The notes under the pieces: model-generated
Told to the model about the DNA's origin: nothing
Database searches by the model: none
Seen by the model: only the letters and a program-made list of their open reading frames with translations
Program-made: the position numbers and the translations under genes
Shown: positions 59,718-64,000 of the stretch, piece by piece
Layout of the letters: every line of letters begins with the position of its first letter
Position numbering within the stretch: the stretch's first letter is position 1
Source: Asterias rubens
Taxonomy: Eukaryota
Length of the DNA stretch: 64,000 nt
Reading direction: 5' to 3'
NCBI RefSeq assembly: GCF_902459465.1
Contig: NC_047075.1
Span: 2,604,001-2,668,000, forward strand

Positions 59718-60834
59718 AGCCCTGTTCGCACTGGACTTAATTTGGGCAAACTAACCGAGCCAATGGGTAACTTACCCATTTTAAGTCCAGTGTGAACAGC
59801 CTGGGTAGCTTTCCTGACAGGTAACTTACCCACGCCGCGCGGTTAGTTTAACCGAGCCAAAGGTGCCCAGGATCAGGAAGATTGACCGAGTGCCCAGGAA
59901 GATTGATCGAGTCAGTTTAACCGAGCCAGAAAGTCCAGTGCGGACGCAACGTCTCGGTTTAATCTTCCTGACACGAGGAAGCTGACATGTTTTGTCATGG
60001 AAGAATAAGATTTTCGTGATTATCGAACTATTCAATGTAGCATAAATCAGGAATGCAACTCGTAAGCTGAAAAACGCGGAATAATTTTTCCGTACACGGA
60101 TTTATAAGTTTGAGAAATGACCCGTTCAGAAGTTGCGATCAAAAGTTTCAATTTGACGGTGATTTGTACAGCAGTAATAGGCAAATGCAGTCAACAACCA
60201 CTAGATCGCGTCCTAAAGCTAGCCGAGTATTGGTCCCTACATGTCTTTATGCACAACACAAACACAACGGAGCCAGGCCGTGCAGAAAAAAGTGTAGAAG
60301 GTATTCCTAGCCGCGTAATGGGCCCTTTGTGTCGGAGCATGCCTCATTGGCAGGCGGTGTTGTGCATGCTCTTTTGCCTAGCAAGTCTTTCGTCTTTCCA
60401 AGTTGTAAAAAAAAGAAAAGAGAAGCGGTGAATTTGATATCGAATCGTTTTTGCGAAAGATCAAGCCGAAAACCAAAAAGTGCGGTCAAAGGTTACGCAG
60501 GGAGCCAGCTCGGTTAGTTTACCCACGGTCTTGGTAAGTTTACCCGAGTCAAATAAATCCAAGTGCGGACGGTGGGAAAGTTAACCCGTCGAAATGTTAC
60601 CCAGCGCAGGCCTGATACTTCATGGAGGCAACAAAGGCGATTGCCTCCGTGTCCCCTGGTCATTGCCTTGGTGCCCTTGAAATGCTCGAGTACAAATTTG
60701 CAATTTCATCATAGGGTGCCCTTTACCAAGAAGAAAATGCCTTGGTGCCCTTGCCCCTTTCAAAAACGAAGCATACAGGCCTGCCAGCGTCATGGTTAAG
60801 TTACCCAAAATATTAATCCAGTGCGAACACGGCT
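59718..60834. mobile_element. Non-autonomous DNA transposon with AGCC(C/G)TGTTCGCACTGG TIRs, internal TTAACCGAGCC repeats and a nested CAGGCCTG MITE
   Basis: Left TIR at 59718 and right TIR ending at 60834. No ORF with recognisable transposase motifs. Confidence 0.65.
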
Positions 60835-61479
60835 TTTAAAAGCTTTTTTGTTTACATTATTAAAACAAAAAATATTATTTAAACTCTGATGCGATGCGGG
60901 TATCCGTTTTTATTTAAGTATAATAAGATCCAGATCCAGATCCAGAAATCATGATTACAGGACATGTTTTTTTTTAGGGGGAGCTACAAAAAAAATACAA
61001 CAATACCACAGGGTAGACCCAGTAACTGGGGTGCTGTACTCCTTTTTTTGAAATTTTGACATTCTCAGTCTAACTAGGAATGTCAAAATTTCGAGAATTT
61101 TTTTGTACAGCGCCCCAGTTACTGGGTCTAACGATTTAGAATTTGAGGTCTCAACTTCGTGTTACAAGAGGGTTTTTTTCTTTCATTATTATCTCGTAAC
61201 TTCTTCTACCAATTGAGCTAAAATTTTCACAGGTTTTTTATTTTATGTATATGTTGCGATACACCAACCAAGTGAGAAGACTGGTCTTTGAGTTTGACAA
61301 TTAGCAAACGTGTCCACTGCCTTTAAAAAAACACCATTGCATGCATGCAAATTTTAATTTTAAAAACTCAAAATGTGTTTTTGTTTGAGCGTGTTTATCT
61401 AGGAAGTAAGTAAAACTAATAAAACTAGTGAACTCATTGTTAAAACCATTATTTTTAAATAACTTTTCTCATTTGGGAG

Positions 61480-61670
61480 GAGTGTTGGCTCTAGCTCTGA
61501 AGTGAAAAGAGCCAGTTGAGTAAGCATTTTGGTAACACTGGAGTGGCGGCTGAAGTCATTGGAAACAAATCTTGCAGCATGTCTTTGTACTTTTTCAATG
61601 GTGTCTATGTTTGATTGTTGGTGCGGATCCCAGATTGTGCGCCAATATTCCACGAGTGGCAATATTCCTT
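61480..61670 (-). mobile_element. CR1/L2-clade LINE reverse-transcriptase C-terminal fragment
   Basis: PLVEYWRTIWDPHQQSNIDTIEKVQRHAARFVSNDFSRHSSVTKMLTQL matches the LEY-xxx-VW-xP...LExVQRRAAR motif. Confidence 0.8.
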
Positions 61671-64000
61671 CTTATTCTTCTTCCTTTCAAGTGCTGCTTC
61701 AATAATTGAAGATTACCGCACTGCGGCTGGGCGCATGCATGAAATTATGAGACCGTGGGCCAAATCAGGTGCAAAAATGGTGCAAGTAAAAACTGGCCAG
61801 CAAGATAACTGACTAGGTGAGACCGTCAGTGCATTCTTAAATGCATCCAGGGAGGGTGAGAGGGCAGGGTCCATCTTCAAGCAGTCCCTAATTCCACGAG
61901 TGGACGAGAGATTCCATATGAGTATACTCTGCTCTGCAGCTTCTCAGGAGAATCAAGAATCCTCTTAGAGTATGCCACAGCACTCGACCCTCCAGAAAAT
62001 AATCTCCAATAGGAGACTTTCTGGGTGACGGCAGACTTACTGGGTAAAAGCCATTGTTCTCAGAATTATGCGCATGTTCAGAACTACGTACGTATGTAAA
62101 CAATCAAATTTACCCGGTATTAGTCTGCTGCCACCTACCAGTGGAAATCAGGTTAATTGAGAAGGAGGGATGCACAATAGGGCCAGAAGTATCTGACCTG
62201 TTCTTGCCCAGTGATGCGTGCACTTACATTATCTGCTCGTTTTTGTAAATCGGCTGTATCACTATCAGACAGTCACACAACATATTTGTAAATGTAAGTC
62301 CCCACTCCACCGCCACACCCTAAACAAAAATCACTATTGAAGAACATGGATTGCTACATGTAACTGGTTATTTTGCCAACTTGGAATAGAAGGAAAACAC
62401 ATTTTCTTGTTGTAAACTATGTGTAGTACATGTACATGTAAACTACATTGAGATGTACCTGTCCAGCTGTTTTTACAGTCTTGCGGAACAGAATCTGAAC
62501 AAAATAAAGTGTCTCTTGGAAAGATCTATTGATTTTTTTTTCAGCAAGTGTGTTTCCGTTTGCCATCATGTCTGTCTTGGGTAGAAAGTAGGCCATCCTC
62601 CCCTACAGGCACGACAGCTTTCCAGAGTGATTTACAAGGTGTGAGGCACTGTGCAATGTTCCTGCATGTCCTGATGCGTGTAGTGCCTTCAGAGTGCAAG
62701 ATGCTTACCAGTGGTGACAGAGTTTTTATTAGTCTACATTCGGCTCATGAATGTACATTTAAAGGGTCTATGTACTTTTTGTAGGACAAAACACACAATG
62801 TCCACAGATTTACGGTGTACATTAAACTTACGCAGTTTGAAGATGATGATAGTAGAAAGCTTCTCTGGAAATATTATTTGCCGAGGTGCTGTAGTTTTTG
62901 AGAAAGGAGTGAAACAATGGCATGAAAATAATTTTCGTCTCGGTGATCATGAGACGAAAATTATTTTAGCATGTAAAACTGTATTTTTTCATGACATTGT
63001 TTTACTCTTTTCACATATTACTGCACCTCATCAACTAATATTTTAAGGTACGCTTTCTACTATCATTATCTTCAAACCATGTAAGTTGAATGTAAATCTG
63101 TGGACATTGTGTTTTGTGTTACAAAAAGTACCCAAATCCTTTAAAGGGAAGGTTGTGTTTGGTAATCACTCTTTAAATTAATGCAAATATACAAAACTCA
63201 CTCAGCATATTACACTCGGCTTTCGATAAAAAATTAGCATTTTGAGAATCAAATAATAATAATGACGATAATATAGGTATTTATATAGTGCCTTTAACAC
63301 AGATCAAAGCGCTGAACAATAAAAAAAAAACAAGAACAAAGCAAAGAAAGAAAGATAAACAAAACAACAAAGGATTAATGACGAGGCTGACTGAAAAAGT
63401 AGGTCTTGAGGTTTTTTTTTAATTTCAGGGATTTCACTTCACTTCAGTAATGTGGTTTTAATGGAAAAATGTAATTTTTTATCCAACAAAATTCGGTTCT
63501 GCGACAGATTCCTGTATGTTTCTAGGATTGATACATGTGTACTTCACGTAGGCAACAAAGGCGATTTGGCTCCATGTCCCCTGATCATTGCCTTGGACCC
63601 CCTTGAAATGCTCCGGTAGAAACTTACAATGTCCTCGTAGGGTGCCCTTTAATAAGGAGAAAATGCCTTGGTGCCCTTGCCCTTTCAAAAAACGAAGTGG
63701 ACAGGCATGTTTCACTTGTCTAACACAATCTGAGAAATGTTCTGACACTGACAGTACGTTTCTAAAACTGAAACCTTGGGGGATAAAAATTGATCTCTCT
63801 TTCCATAAAACCAAAGTGAAACGATTCTCAAAATGCTTTGATACGCTGTACTATCAAAAGCTGAGCTGTACTGCCAACCAAGTCAGTTTTTGTTGCCATT
63901 AATTTCAGGAGTAGTTGCCAAACGCCCTTAAAGTTTCCCTTTAAGGGATGGTGTATGTCTGCTGTGTGTATAGTTTGTAGGTCATCCTCGCTGAGAGTGT

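Noticed and set aside
59826-60808. Cluster of 60-104 aa ORFs suggesting an autonomous transposon
   Set aside because: No DDE or DNA-binding motifs were recognised. The ORFs derive from internal repeats and a nested MITE.
62564-62715. Selenoprotein-like read-through ORF (MSVLGRK*AILPYRHDSFPE*FTRC...)
   Set aside because: It contains a TAG as well as TGA, resembles no known selenoprotein, and no SECIS was identified.

Overview
AT-rich, intron-containing animal DNA dense in non-autonomous DNA transposons. It is most consistent with an echinoderm (sea-star-like) genome; this is an inference from repeat style and gene content, not a database hit. Genes were reconstructed by hand from GT-AG junctions and exon phases, and most are invisible or fragmented in the ORF track. 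(1) 1-26.4 kb is a segmentally duplicated head-to-head unit. One partner is a spliced, secreted Methyltransf_FA (FAMeT-like) domain gene on the minus strand, in 2 copies. The other is an intronless secreted PAN/apple + fibrinogen-C (FReD) gene on the plus strand, present as 2 intact copies, 1 internally deleted copy and 2 orphan C-terminal fragments. Divergence between the FReD copies is concentrated in the ligand-binding P subdomain. (2) 28.4-31.3 kb holds a Shisa-like single-pass membrane protein with a C-C-CC-CC ectodomain; its first exon was not found. (3) 33.7-39.5 kb holds two tandem 3-exon Ly6/uPAR three-finger genes with GPI-type tails. (4) 45.5-58.9 kb holds a complete 9-coding-exon RP2 (XRP2) orthologue. 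The remainder is several TTAA-flanked Kolobok-like MITE families, GGGC/GGCC-ended MITEs, tRNA-derived SINEs, RTE and CR1/L2 LINE scraps and a minisatellite. No rRNA, true tRNA or CRISPR array was seen.
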